From assembly GCA_973895155.1 (NCBI GenBank), contig OZ316898.1:8233079-8297078 (forward strand): 64,000 bases of DNA, written 5' to 3'. The first letter of the stretch is position 1. Each line of letters opens with the position of its first letter. The position numbers and the translations under genes are program-made. Shown piece after piece: positions 35,883 to 49,200 of the stretch. Source of the DNA: Marsupella aquatica (lineage: Eukaryota > Plantae > Marchantiophyta). The notes beneath the pieces were generated by a model. The model did no database searches. It was not told the DNA's origin and worked only from the letters and a program-made list of their open reading frames with translations.

Positions 35883-36204
35883 GGGCCAGGTTCCATGGGC
35901 CAGGGGTAGGGAGTACGGTCACTCCCTCTGACATCCCCTAGGGCCCAAATACATTGTATGCCAAAATCTATACAGTATTTTATATGTACTAATTTTGACT
36001 CAGGAGCCAATGAGAATGCCCTGTACTGTTCTTATATAGGGGCAGGGGGTACCCCTGAATTTTAAGAGGGAGTGTGAGGGAAAATCATACTCCTTGATAC
36101 AGTATTTGTACACCCTTCAATCCCTGGAAAAGCTGTAATCTTATTGGCTTACAAATTCTGACAGCATCCGTACTCTTTACTCCCAGCCCCATGGAACCTA
36201 GCCC
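35883..36204. mobile_element. PIF/Harbinger (Tourist-like) MITE, 322 bp
   Basis: TIRs GGGCCAGGTTCCATGGG / CCCATGGAACCTAGCCC (1 mismatch in 17), flanked by TAA on both sides (35880-35882, 36205-36207). No coding capacity. Confidence 0.88.
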
Positions 36205-37794
36205 TAATGCCTGCGAATTTTCGCGGAGAAGACTTTTCAGGGGCGTGAAATTTTGCGAATTTTCGCCACCAAAAAAACCAGCTGAATGAATTATTCCTGA
36301 GATCCTCTTTCGGCGACCACCACTGCCCGGTACAAGCGTGTCCTAGCCCAGAGAGAGCGCGACCGACGGGCGGGCGGGCAGACTGGTGTAGACACGGTCC
36401 CTCTACTCCCGTATCTCAGGTCCAAGATACTAATACAAATACTGTACTACTGTACAGTACTGTCGTCCTGTACCCTGCTGTAGTTTTGAAGGCACCGTTG
36501 GGCAGCCAGGGCACCGAGGAGGAGAATGCCGGTCAATTAAAAGATATTTCGGGGTTGGTCAGATGTACGAGCAGCTCAGAATAGCAGCTGCCCAGGCGGA
36601 GGGAGAGGAGAGTAGAAGAGAGTGGTCGCCGGATCTTTCCCCTCATTATTATGAACACACCAGGGTCAGGTCATTTCGCCCTGCCCGCTGCCCGAGACTT
36701 ACTAAGAACTGGGTCGTCCCACAGCAGTCCTCGTTACCTATTTTGAACATGCTCTTAGCTCTTGCCCGCACTACGGCGAGGAGGCGTTAGAGCAAACGAA
36801 CGACCCTTCCTCGATCTAGAGTAGGCCCAAAAGCCCCGGGCAGGTTCGCAACCCGTCTGCCTGCCCTCCGGCCTGCCCGGCCTCCACTGAAGTAAGACCG
36901 CCGCCGGAGAGCCCAGTCACAAAGCTGCCCTACAAACTAGAGGACCGCAGCTTCCAGTCAAGATGGCTGCCCGGCTTAAATCGGGCCGACAGTGTAGCAA
37001 AGGAAAGAGATTTTTTCTTATTTACGGTCCGTGAGGACGTGAGGTACCCGGTGACTCCGTGAGTAGGGAGGGGAACGAGGGAGAAGTTTTGCTGGCAGTG
37101 GGCACCCTGCCCGAGAAGATCTTCTTTGTTTGGGAGACGACCATTTCTGGCTGTCATTCATGGGGGGATCGGGGCCGGGGCCAATCTTATAATCCAATCT
37201 TTGGGTGGAGGGATGGGGAATTTATCAAGGCAGCAAGGGATATGTGTGATCAATGTAGTACTTCAAAGAAGGACACAGTCATTCTGGGCATCGTTAGCAC
37301 CAGCAGCAAAAGCACAAGCTCGGGTCGTCCCAATCAGATCATTCTGCCTCCTCTCAACCGTGCAGCAGTAGCTACAGGAATAGTAGTAGTACCAGAGGGA
37401 ATGGAGTGCAATGTGAGCATTCGATGCATCGCTCCCCACGAGATTCCCCAAAAGATACAGAGCTAGTCAAAATCCATCCCATATCATATCTCGAATGGGA
37501 AGAATTGTTCATCATTACGTGTTGATGAGCTGAATTGTAATGCATGCGCCAGTGCTCTTTTTCCCAAGCCAAGTAGCACGAGCAATAAAGTTTGGCGACA
37601 AGGTAGCGTGTGCTCCAGTTCATCCCCTCCGGTCCAGGCAAGTTGCTTGACCACGACTCATTAATTCACCACACTGATGAGCAATGCACAAGTGCCCCGC
37701 TCCTCCTGCCACACACAATCGCACAGGCCATACTACGCATCAGACATGACTCTGAGATCACGCACCGAGAGCTGGCTGGCGGGCTGGTCACTAG

Positions 37795-38225
37795 CATTTT
37801 CAGCTCTCACGCTTTCGATCCAGTTTCAAAATCTGAGAATTGAAGTCCGGCACTCCTGTACGTGCACTCCCCTTAGTTTTTAATATTTTTCATACATCAA
37901 GTGGACGATCACAGTGTGGCAAAACAACGGCCAAGTGCAATCTTGTATCGAGGCAAACAAAATGTTTCAGTTCGAATGACCCTTCGCCCTCACATATGGG
38001 TCTGCTTGCAGGCACGGGAAAGATCTACAGTACTGTGTAAGTAAACCATTTTAGCTCTCACGGTTTCGGACTTTCGGTAAACTCGTGGAGAAGTCCGGCA
38101 CTTCTGAGTGTACCTGTACATGAAACATATACGTGGGCGATCCAATCACCCTCCGTGGCTCATCACATTGCGGCAAACAAATTGTTTCAGCTGGCTCTGC
38201 AGGCACGGGAAAGGTCTACTGTATA
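37795..38225. repeat. Diverged tandem duplication
   Basis: Blocks CATTTT(C)AGCTCTCACG, GAAGTCCGGCACT, GGCAAACAAA-TGTTTCAG and TGCAGGCACGGGAAAG-TCTAC occur twice in the same order. Confidence 0.75.
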
Positions 38226-38971
38226 TATCAATCTCTAGTGCTCCGCGAGCTCGTTGTTCGATCTCTGTTCATTCGCTCGATCCAAGACTTGACACAAATT
38301 TATTAGCATGCTCCCATATAAGCAATATGTATTTTATGCACGCACGGAAGTCCGAGCTACCGTATATCAAGTCATCCGCTCATCTCCAACTTCATAGCTC
38401 ACAAACATGTGACCCAGCCGGGTCGAGCCCGACGCTGCTATATCGATCAAGGTCAGTGGAAGTAATTCCATGCCTTTGCCTTGTATAACTGAGTCCTTGC
38501 TGCGTGCGTGTTGGGATTGTACAGACCGGTCTACAGGCTGATTTCACCCGTCCCGAGCAGCAGCAGGAGGTTGGTTTGCTTGTGCGCCGAACAGAAACAC
38601 CAGCCAGTGCAATGTTGTATTGTCCAGGTTGCTCGGATGTGACCCCACGTACCCCGAGGCTTGCATAACGTAGGTAGGTAGTACTGCAGCTAACTTCCTA
38701 CGGTTTGTTTGTACATGAAGGTCGATCTGGTCTAGCAATGGGTGTAGCAGTAGTAGGAGTAGACGGTAGTAGCTAGGGATCGAGAAGAGACACTCGCCAA
38801 CAAGTTGTTGCAGCACTCGCAAGCTTGTAGAATGTGCAGACAGTCCAGTAAGTACTACCGTTACAAATGATGAAAGTCAGACGGGGCTGATTTGCCTCAA
38901 CAATGCCCGACCCAACACTTCACAACTTAATTGTGCGTACGCGGGGGCGCTAGCGAGCTCGAGTGAGCACT

Positions 38972-39100
38972 GTCGACAGAGCAGGAATGGGGACTCCGAT
39001 TAACGCTGACTTGGATGGTGTTGAACGTAAGCAAGGAGTCGACTGAGCAGGAATGGAGACTTAAGGCTGACTCGGATAGTGTTGAACGTATAGCAAGGGG
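38972..39100. repeat. Tandem duplication of a ~65-bp unit
   Basis: GTCGACNGAGCAGGAATGGNGACT...GCTGACTNGGATNGTGTTGAACGTA..GCAAGG occurs twice. Confidence 0.8.
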
Positions 39101-40996
39101 ATTGAAGGCGTCGACATCTGGAAGAGGGCAATTAATGGGATGAATCATGCATTCTACTCTAGATTCCTAGCTGAAACATCTCTCTGGCACGAAACTGAAT
39201 CCATACCGTAGAGGTTGCTCTATATAACTCATCAATAATTTCCAACCAAAGCTCTGGTTGACTAGAGTTTTTCTCTGAAACGAATGTCTGGGCCTTGGAC
39301 TCGAATAGAATGCCTGGGGATACTCTAAATTGTACTGCAAATCTCTTCGAAAGACAACGCTCACCCCCCTCTGGTGAATTCTATGGGGGATGTGCTTCAA
39401 TCAATCAGACCATGCCACCTTTCGAATGTCCAGTTGTGTCTTCGCTTTTCAATTAGAACGATTGGTTGTGCCTCCATAAACACTCTCTCGAATAGGGTGC
39501 CCAGACACTCCATTGCAACTGGCGTTCTATTTGATCGAGTAAAACACCCATTTTCCCTTGGAAGGCCATTCTTTTAGTTTTCCAATACCTGGGAAGAAGG
39601 TAAAGTGTGAGGGTCCTGGAAAACTTCAAAGGCATTTATCCTTTTCCACTTTTGGGGAAGTGCCATGTTATTTGCCAATGGCATGGGTTCAATCTATGTA
39701 AAATGAAAGTCCCAGTCAAAGATCCTTCTACAGCAAGAACTTTAGATTCAGGGATAATAATCATCCAAATCACCCCAATCAGTTCAACTGGGCATCAAAT
39801 TGTGTAAGTTCTCTTGGAACAGAAATCTTCAGTTTCACCCCAGTTCCGCACTACTATAATGGGCAAATGACCCATTGAAATGCCCTTTTTGGCAGTTGTA
39901 CTTGCTTTCAACATTTGAAGTGAAGGTTCAAAATTTTTTCATCATGCTGCAATTGGATGAGTTGATCCACACCTCGTGGGCCTCACTTCTCACATCACAT
40001 GCAATCAACAAGGGGCCTCACTTCTAAAATCTCTCGTTTCATGTGCCACTGTTGATGGGGCCTTTTAATTCAATTTTTGAGGAAGAACTTTTGGAAGTAA
40101 GGACTCCAAAGCTAAAAATGCCTCATATTGTTATTGAGATCATTTTGTGATTAGTTCCCTACCACTTAGTTTTAAGTTGATAAGGGTATCAAAAATTGGT
40201 CCAAAGAGTCACACGTGATTAGGGGTTAGTTCAAATAGTGAGACCACTAAGATTCACATGCAAGGGTTCCATAACTCATACTCTGGGCATGAAAAAACCA
40301 AATTGATATTTTCACCTGATGACAAGAATAGTTTCACTCAGATGTTATAACCAGAACCTATTTCCAGTATCGTTCAGGGATTGAGATGCCATAATATTCT
40401 GATAAATATAGAAAAAAATGTAGCAAAGTAATAGAAAATGCAAAAGCGGTGGTTGTTCTATGAGTCTACCAAAGAGCTCCAATGTCACAGACCTGGTTTA
40501 AGAGATTTTTATTGTTTGTAGTAAAGACAATTCAGAGGCAAATAAATAAATTTAAGAGAAAGGGCTACTTGGTAGACACCTACGAGAAGCTACTGGATCA
40601 CATTTGTGGATTGAGGACCAATCTCACCTTCACCGAGATGCGACAATTTACTTATGACAGCTTATGGTAGGCAGTTTTTTCCTTCCCTTTTTCAGAGTAG
40701 AAGGTGGATGGTCTACAATAATCTGTAATATTTTTTACTAAGGTTTTACCAGTCTACGCTTGCACACTGTCTGCAGTCTGCACACTCCAAGATCCAACAC
40801 CAGTTATTAGTTACGGACATACCACTAATTTTACTACAGTAGTAGCTTTGCCCACAACAGGGATACGTCACCATTTTAGGTTTCAGATTTAGGGTCTCAA
40901 CATCTAAAATTCTGTACGAGCCTGGTCTTGTAGGTTGCTGGGAAACAACAGAGTCATATTATCGTACTTCTTTGGTACTCACTGGGAAATTGTTTG

Positions 40997-41001
<5 letters not shown>

Positions 41002-41041
<40 letters not shown>
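41002..41041. repeat. (CT)n microsatellite
   Basis: About 20 CT units. A degenerate copy with a similar flank (GATAAGAGCCTGCTG) lies at ~41110-41185. Confidence 0.9.
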
Positions 41042-41046
<5 letters not shown>

Positions 41047-42759
41047 TAGAGATTAAAAGCTAGGATAAGAGCCTGCTGTCCAGAGGCTTTCCTCCAAATT
41101 GTTTGAATGCTCTCTCTTTCTCTCTCTTCTCTCTCTGTCTCTCTCTCCTCTCGTTAATAGTGATTAAGATAAGAGCCTGCTGTTTAATATATATTGCAAT
41201 TAGCTATTTTAAATTATGCAGATTAAGTAGAATGGGAAATGAGCTTAGTGAAAATGTTGATCGAGAGAAAACTTCCGTTGGAATGAGCAAAGGAGAATAT
41301 TTGTGTCCCTGTTACATGCATAGCTGATAAGTAGTTTGTAATATATCATGTTATCTAGTGCTTGTCCATAACATCTACCTGGGGGATTAGGGAAATTTCC
41401 AAATTGTTTAGTATGTATATTTTTTGTCGGTAGTGATAATTGTCAAGACTTAGCTTATATGTTTCAAAAATTGGACTTCAGATTTGTAATATACAACACC
41501 ACTGCATCTTCTCGTGCAAGTCATATATTGTGTCTACTCTAATTTCCAGAAGTGTAGATATTCAAGTTCACAAATTCCCCCCAAAATGGACCAACCGTGC
41601 AAGGTGCCCAAATGCCAAGGCCAATAGAACAAGAGCAAGGTTATTAATATATTTGGGAAAATTGAAGTTGGATGCACATGAGAGAAGCCAACAGCTAAAG
41701 ACTGTGAACCAAATATACAAGAGTGGGGCCTAGAGGAGATACTTAGGAAACCAAATCCTTGGACTACGTAGGTTGAATTTGATGACTCAATTTCACAGAA
41801 AGGATGCCATTGCCAATGCCATCCTACTCAGTCTCCATCAAGTTCAAATCCAGCTATGATGTAAGATTAAAACAATGAGTCCTTTTTATCTGTGCTTCAC
41901 GCATCAAAGACCTTTCCCTCAACAAAAAGTGTTACGCCCATTTCTTGTTATTACGCATATTGCCATTGCAGTAGCCCCTTTGTCACCCCCTCTTGCGGTT
42001 ATGACCCTGAATTTGTTACGCCCCTCCAAAGTAATTGTTTTTGCAATTAGTACTACGAATCAGTAGTTACAATTGTAAACATAATATGGAAGCCAACTTG
42101 AATTCATAGAATCAACCAGACAGAGGTTGCTTGCATTAATTATTAAATCACAGACTAGTGCAAGTTGTAAACTCTTCTTTCCTTTGCCATTGTGGGACTC
42201 TCTGGCTCTGAGGTCTTCCTGGAGAATGTCCCTTGTTTCTTCCCTGTCTTGGTTTTGCTTCCTGGAGATTTTCCCTTTTTTCCTCTCTTTATTGGGTTTT
42301 CCGCCTTAGTTTGGGCTTGCTTCCTTTGTAACTGCCTTTGGATTTTTGCCATTGTGTGACCTCGGGCTTTTTGGCTCTTTTGTCTTCCTGGAGATTTCGC
42401 TTGTGGCTTCTCTTTGGGTCTTCTGCTTGGAGATCTTTGGAACTTTTTGTCCTGTGGCAGTGTTCCTTCCTTCACTAGGGCCATATATACATATTGCTCC
42501 ATACACTCGTGTAGTGTGATCTATATGACATATATTGCATCCTTCACTAGACTAAGAACTTCAGTTGTTTAGTCTTTCTTTCAGTTTCTTGTTCACTCAT
42601 CCTTGACACGTCAGCATTTTTATTTAGGATTCTGTCTCATAAAAACTAACCACATGAATATTAATATGGTATATGGTCTCCAAGCATAGTGTATTTGCCA
42701 GGGCAATTGCTGGGTATTCAGGAAACAGTCCCGAAAATTTAACAAACGACTAATTAACA

Positions 42760-42913
42760 GTGTTTGACAACTTCAACCTACCCTTAAGATCGGCCACTTA
42801 TCGGCCATGTATCCCTTTATGCAATATTAAGTCTCCTGTATAATGTTTGACAACTTTAACCTACCCTTAAGATTGGCCACTTATCCCTCTATGCCATATT
42901 AAGTCTCCTGTAC
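42760..42913. repeat. Tandem duplication of a ~70-80-bp unit
   Basis: TGTTTGACAACTTYAACCTACCCTTAAGATYGGCCACTTATC...TATGCMATATTAAGTCTCCTGTA occurs twice. Confidence 0.85.
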
Positions 42914-45900
42914 CTGTCTCCCCTTGTTTAAGGTTGACTATAATATCCCATAAAGGGGTAACAGCCGACTTTAATTAAACCTATACAGTGCATTGCGTCC
43001 CTCACTTGTGAAAGAATTTTTTTCACAAACACAGATGGACATAGTCTGAGGAAGATCAGACACACAAGTTTCTGGCTACTACATCACATTCGAGGATTGC
43101 TCACACTTCTCGGCCTGCTTACCATCGGGGCAACATGCACGCAAGTGCACTGCGGTCCGACTGCGCTGTAAGCTTCTTTCTGGTTCGTCGTCAGCTGCTG
43201 GCGCTAATGCCACTGCGACGGCACCAGCAGATTGTCTGTGGCTGTCAATAGATCGCCTGCCTGGCTGGTTGCAAAAATTTACAAAAACGAGGACAGAAAA
43301 GATACAAGGACTGCGTAGGTAGACAGTACTAGCCCTAGTGCCAGTTTGCGCTTGTCAATGATGGTTACTTCCAGCCAGAGCGCCTAGAGTAGAGATCCAA
43401 TACACTACCGTACCTTGTAATCCCTGGGTCCTGACAGAATGGGGAAGCACATTTGTTCTCTTCATTCGCCCGTCTCTCTCTCTCTCTCTCTCTCTGATCG
43501 TTTAGTACACGTGATGGTGTGAGCTCAAACCAAAGACGTGACAGTCCTAACAAAGCCTACAGAAGGAACAGCGTGAGCATGAGACACCATCGATCAGCGT
43601 GAACATGATACACAATCGATCGTAGGGTTTCTTTGAAACAGATCAGGCACGTTCTTTTTGCCACTCGTCCGGTGACAATGGCTGACTTGCTTCGATTCAA
43701 TTCAGGAAATGGGTTTTTTAGATCAGCGAAGGAAAGGACCGCAGCGGTAGCCCATAGTAGGTTAGCAAATCCACCTGCCACATTCACCCACATGGCACAA
43801 TCTACGAACATCATGATGGGCTCTGGCTATCACATATATCACCTCTTCTTGCCGTATGGGAGGGACATACTGAATTCAAGCTGGATCACAATCACATACC
43901 GGACTGACTGACCGATCTGGAGCACTCAGACTAGAACTAGGGCTGAGATTGGACACTTGTTCTTCCGTCGATGGAAGCACTTGGGGGCACCCCTGAAAGC
44001 TGAAGCCCACAAAGTACCTCCGCTAGGTAGACAATGGCCTGGAAATACGTTTCATTCTCAATCGCCAGCACCAACGTTCGTCAGAATTGAACAGCTGCTG
44101 ATGAAGACCGATGACCATATCTACGCTTCTATTGTACACTAGCCATGTGTTCGCTCGACTTTGACTTTTCTCTATTCATTGTCGACACGTTCAAAAGATT
44201 TGTTACTGAAGCATTTATGAACACATCTGGCAGATATTCTACTCGAAGTAGAATATCTGCGTGACCCGTTCCTCGCGGTCAAATATAGCACTTGGTACGT
44301 GACATGGAATAGTCGGGGCATAAATATTTCCAGAATTTGGTACGTGAAAATCTGGCAAGGATCAGGTTGTCGGAGACAACTTGATGCTACTTCCCAAGTC
44401 TATAGCTCTTGGCTAAGGGATTTAGGATGGCACGTACACAGCAAGTAGCAAGTTGCAACCAGGATCGAGTGCGGAATTCTTTACATAGTATGTACAGTGA
44501 TTCCAAGTACCTATTGTTCGTGCTGCTAGGCGGCCGAAAAGGGGAGTACTGTGTTGGATCCAAAGAGTTAGCCACTGTCCATAAACTTCTTAGGCGTCAC
44601 ACCTTCCCACGTTCATATGCCATCACCCGGAAAAACAGAATGCCACACTACTGTGGCTTGGGCTCCTTCATGCATCAATGTGATCGAGAACTGAAACCAG
44701 GCAGAAAATCCTCCTGCACATACCATTGTAGAATATTCTGGATCTCCAAAGCTATGGAACAAATCCAGCCAACTGCGGAGCGGTCCGATGGAAACGTTAT
44801 ACTGCAATACGTCCGAGTTGTGGAGATCGTCCTCGCTACCGTCATTCCCGTGATTCCATTCAAAGATCGGGCGATCTGCGCCGCGTGTGGCTCTTTTGTG
44901 CAATCTATCGATTTGTCCACCTGCGGCCCTTGAGTGAAACATATCGATTTGTCCAGGATTTCGGTCACAAATACTTACGAGAAGCGCCTCGGAGTACTGT
45001 GCCCCATGAGAGGTAGATTGATCCGTGCATAATACTGCAGAAGTCGAAGCATACAGTCTGAAAGAGTTCACGACATCAATCTGCGGTGGGCGTCTAATCG
45101 AACGGAAAGTCCCATTCTAACGTGTAAGTATTCCGTCCTTTTCCACGTCAACAAGGGGCTCCGCCGAGCACCAGCGACTTCGTCAAGGGCACCTTCCCAA
45201 GATCGCAATGCAACTACGGGATGCACTTGACTGGGTGCAGTTCTCTGCTCATGTGTCTGATTCGTGTCCGTACTCCATGACTCGGACCAAAACCATAGCT
45301 AAGGAACCATGGACTTCGATCTGGGCAGCTTCTTAAGTTCACTATGCAACTAGGGAACGCACCTGACTAGGTACAATTCTCTCCGAATGTTGACAGATTC
45401 CTGTACACATTCCGTGTCTCGGACCACTAACACTTATTGTAAAGAAAGACGTACTATCATTCATCACGACTACGAGGTTCCGGGGATCATGGGAGTTCAT
45501 TCTCATGCCAAATTTGCATTCGAGAAAGAGCAAACTTCTGGTTCCAATACCATAAATAGATTCACACCAAATCTGAGATGAGCAAAACATTCATTGAAGA
45601 AAGCACAAAAAAGGAAAGATTTTGTTCGAAGCATCAAATTTTGGTTGCCCATCGTGAACCCTAAACCTCCAGGCTGGAATAGCCCATGCACTAAAGGACC
45701 CCTGATCTGAGCCCTTCCTCGATCGATCGGCATTCAAGCACAAGTCACACGCACAACTATATTTGCAATTTCTCAATTCCGGAGACAACCATGCATGCTC
45801 AAGATTATGGCAGACTCATGAATGAATGTTTTCATTCCACTAGAGAACTTCCAGTGGAACTTCGTCTATTCTATGAATGATCTTCAATGTTCAAGTCAGC

Positions 45901-46210
45901 TAACTTAAGTCTATAGTTGACAGCAGCAGACACTACTGTCACCTCTACACCTCCCCTGGGCGAAGAAGGAACCTTCTAGAAGGTCTGACGTGAAGATCAT
46001 GAAAGGGGGAGAAAAGAGATACTTCCAAGACTTTTGTTTCCTTTGTAAGTAACCTGATTCCTGTACTCGTCTCCCTGCACGGCTACAATGCAGAGACATG
46101 CAATATTGCATCGATCCAAAGCTTCGTCGAGAAGGGTGCAGCAGCTGATTCTGTATTTTACTATGCTGTCCACACCCCAACTACTGTCCACAACACATAA
46201 GGAGTCTCTT

Positions 46211-49200
46211 TTACCTATGCTGACCATTAGGTCTGCGACCCTGGCTAGATCCACTCACTGTCACCGCGGCCACATTATTTCCACTAGATCCCACAGAGGA
46301 TTCCGAGTCCTGGTCAGAGCTTCCATTCCCCACTTCTCTCTGGGCCTGGTCACCACTCTTTTCTGATATAATTTCGCTGTTGCGGTTGGGTCGGCAACCC
46401 TGGGCCTCTCCTCTTGGGCTACAGATCAAAGCACGGCCAGCAAGATGACCCGCAGCCACAATTGGTGGAGGGCAGACAATTCCAGTTCGTGGTGGGGAGA
46501 AAACAAGTGGAAGATATTCATCGGTGTCGCAGGCAAAACGCGAATTTCGAAAGTGTTCCTCCAACGCCGCACGGCCCTGTTAGTTCCATCACGACGATAC
46601 AGGAAAGTATATTTACATGCAACTTCGAAGAGTCCAATCAGCAGGCGGCAGCGATCGAGACCAAACACAGAATCTGGACATTACTGGAAGACACCTCACT
46701 GCAAGGAGTTCCATTCATGCGTGCCGATCGAGGTGTGTTTTTGCTTTGTTCGGCTTCAATGTTACAAACATACTTCCGGTACCAGTGTGAGGAACCTTCC
46801 CACAGAGGCTGTTACAATCCAGTCCACATTCTGAACTAGTGCAGAAAAAAACATCTAAGACCAGCACAGAAATGAACGAATAAACTTCTTTCTACAACAA
46901 CACAATCGCATGTACAGAGAGAGAAGTACCTGGACACGGGCGTATGTCACTTGACAAATCTTGCGAGAATTAAACGCCTCCCACTGTTGAGCGTGGAACG
47001 ACTTGTACAACTTCAGAGTGGCTTGAACAGAAGTGAAATTCACGAAAGCGTATCCCAAATTACAACGGTTCCTGCAGCATGCAAATTAGGTTTGAGTTAG
47101 CAAACCTGATAGGTGGCCCTCCAAATGGAATAAAATTGTTGCCAGCCACAGAAGTATTAAGCTAGCGTAGGCATCAAAGGGAAAAACAAGTTTCAAATAC
47201 CGACAACTTTGAATGTTCAGTACATACAACCAAGAAAACGGAGACATAACACGAAGCCGTTAACCAAGGGCAAGGTGAGAACCATACTTGAAATCTATCG
47301 GCAGATACACGAAGTCGTATCCAGACTGCGGTTCGTTAGGGTCCACAATGTTCTGGTTGCAGCAGAGACAATGCTGATCCAGCAGTGCCAAGAGCATGGA
47401 TTGGCTGCGGTAATCACAAAACTATTTTTAGGTCAGATTCATATTCTGCGTGATTTAGGTTATTCAAGTAATCCCATTCATCTACCGAGTAACGTACGGT
47501 ACACGAGATACTCCGCAGAAAATCCGTGAGTTAAAATCGTCAAGACAAAAAGACTCTAGGTGAGTAGACGAATGAAAGTTGCGTTTAAGGCTGGGATGGT
47601 CACTGAAGATAAATTCCCAACATAAAAGCAAATCCCCGACATTGACCAAAAGATAGCGTTCTGGACGTAATCCATTAGCACCACCGCGCCGCACCTATAC
47701 TTGTTGGGAATATTCTTGATCATAAGAGTGGTCCTGGGCGTGTCACTGTTCATTTCAGCTTGGTCTGCGTTGAATACATATAGCGCATGCTCTCGAGGAG
47801 AGCTTTTCGGTGTCAACCCAGTCTTTCCACTTCTTGGGCTATCTCTAGATCCGTCCAGTCCTGGCTTGCTTTCACCGAGGCTGCTCGGGAGACATGTCAA
47901 GTCCATTTTCAAAACCGGTCCATTGGAATTGGTGGCAGCTCCGCCTCTGCGGCGACGCCCGGTAGGTTCGTCATTGCCTCCTCTTCCAGAACCACCACCA
48001 CCCGCACCAACGTAATAATTGCTGCCTCTACCGAAGCCCCCGGTGGTTCCTCCGCTGTGGAAGCTGGAGCCGGGAGAACACTGTCCACCGCAGTATCCCC
48101 CTCCCCTCCCATACTGCCGACTGTGTGCACCTTCGCTTCCAATGGGAACAAGACCAGGAACACTACCCAGAGCGGGACTCGATGGCCCTGCTTGAATTTG
48201 CTGATATGGTAAAGTTTGAAGCTGGCCGTGACCAACATTCCATTGCTGCTGCTGCTGCTGAACTAGCGCACCTAGCGGAGCAATGGGGGGCCCAGGAGAG
48301 ACATGCTGAAAATTAGGCCAAAGATACTGCGGAGGCGGACCTGGAGGACCTGCCATCGACTGAGCGGGCCCCATGGACGGATCTGTACCCCAGCCAAGGT
48401 ACATCGGTTGCCCTTGAATTGCACCGGGTATCACAGCTGCGTTAAGTCTGTTCCCGACCAATGGCACCAAAGAAGCCGCTGCAGCAGCAGCACCCTGATG
48501 AGCAAGTACCTGGGCTTGGGCTTGAGCTCGAGCCCGCCGGGCTTGGCCCCCCGGACGGCTAAACTCAATTTTCACTCTCTTCCCACCAATCTCATGGCCA
48601 TCCAACGCTTCCAGAGCTTTTGCAGCATCCCTCACGTCATAAAATTCAACGAACTTGTGCTGTCGCTTAGCCGGAGTCTCTCTCAGTTCTTTCACTGCCC
48701 CTGTACATCAGAAATATATGTAAGGGATCAGAATACATAGAAACGCCAGAAGGAATTGGACGAGGTTCGCACGCCACTCCCAACAGAACTACTGTTAGCG
48801 ACGTCGAAACCCTCACGGTGTTAAATCACGAGGCAGTAATCTAAAACGGAAAGCATTCACTTGACTAAGAATCCCACACTGCACTGAGGACGTGAGAGCA
48901 CATTGCTTTACACACTATCAACCATAGTTTGTTGGACGATCTCGTCCAGAAGTGCCCAGCCTATCTCACTTCTGGTAATCGACAGTAGATTGCACCTTGG
49001 CATTGAAGAGTTAAGCGAAAGATAATCTGAATTGCGACACGGAAAACCCAAGGCTTCGTAATCTCTGCGTCGCTAATTCCAGTCTAAGGTAGACATAGAA
49101 AAGGTGACCATAGCAAACGATTTGAAAGTCGCCGGAGAGAACAAACCGAGTGAAATCCTACCGTGCGCTTCAAATGCTGCTCGCAGATCGTCGAGAGGCA

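Noticed and set aside
37372-37641. Small Cys/Trp-containing ORF considered as a DVL/ROT4- or CLE-type peptide
   Set aside because: It lacks the RTF or CLE consensus and a signal peptide.
39130-39830. Protein-like fragments on the minus strand (e.g. QPELWLEIIDELYRATSTVWIQF)
   Set aside because: Broken by stops and frame changes. I could not assign a family, so it is not called as a pseudogene. TBLASTX would decide.
42155-42502. 115-aa Lys/Arg-rich ORF resembling a histone H1 tail or protamine
   Set aside because: It derives from repeated CCTGGAGATTT-type low-complexity units, with no globular domain or gene structure.
44409-45071. Overlapping 174-aa (+) and 152-aa (-) ORFs
   Set aside because: Non-ATG starts and no recognisable motif. 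More likely TEL 3' UTR or flank.
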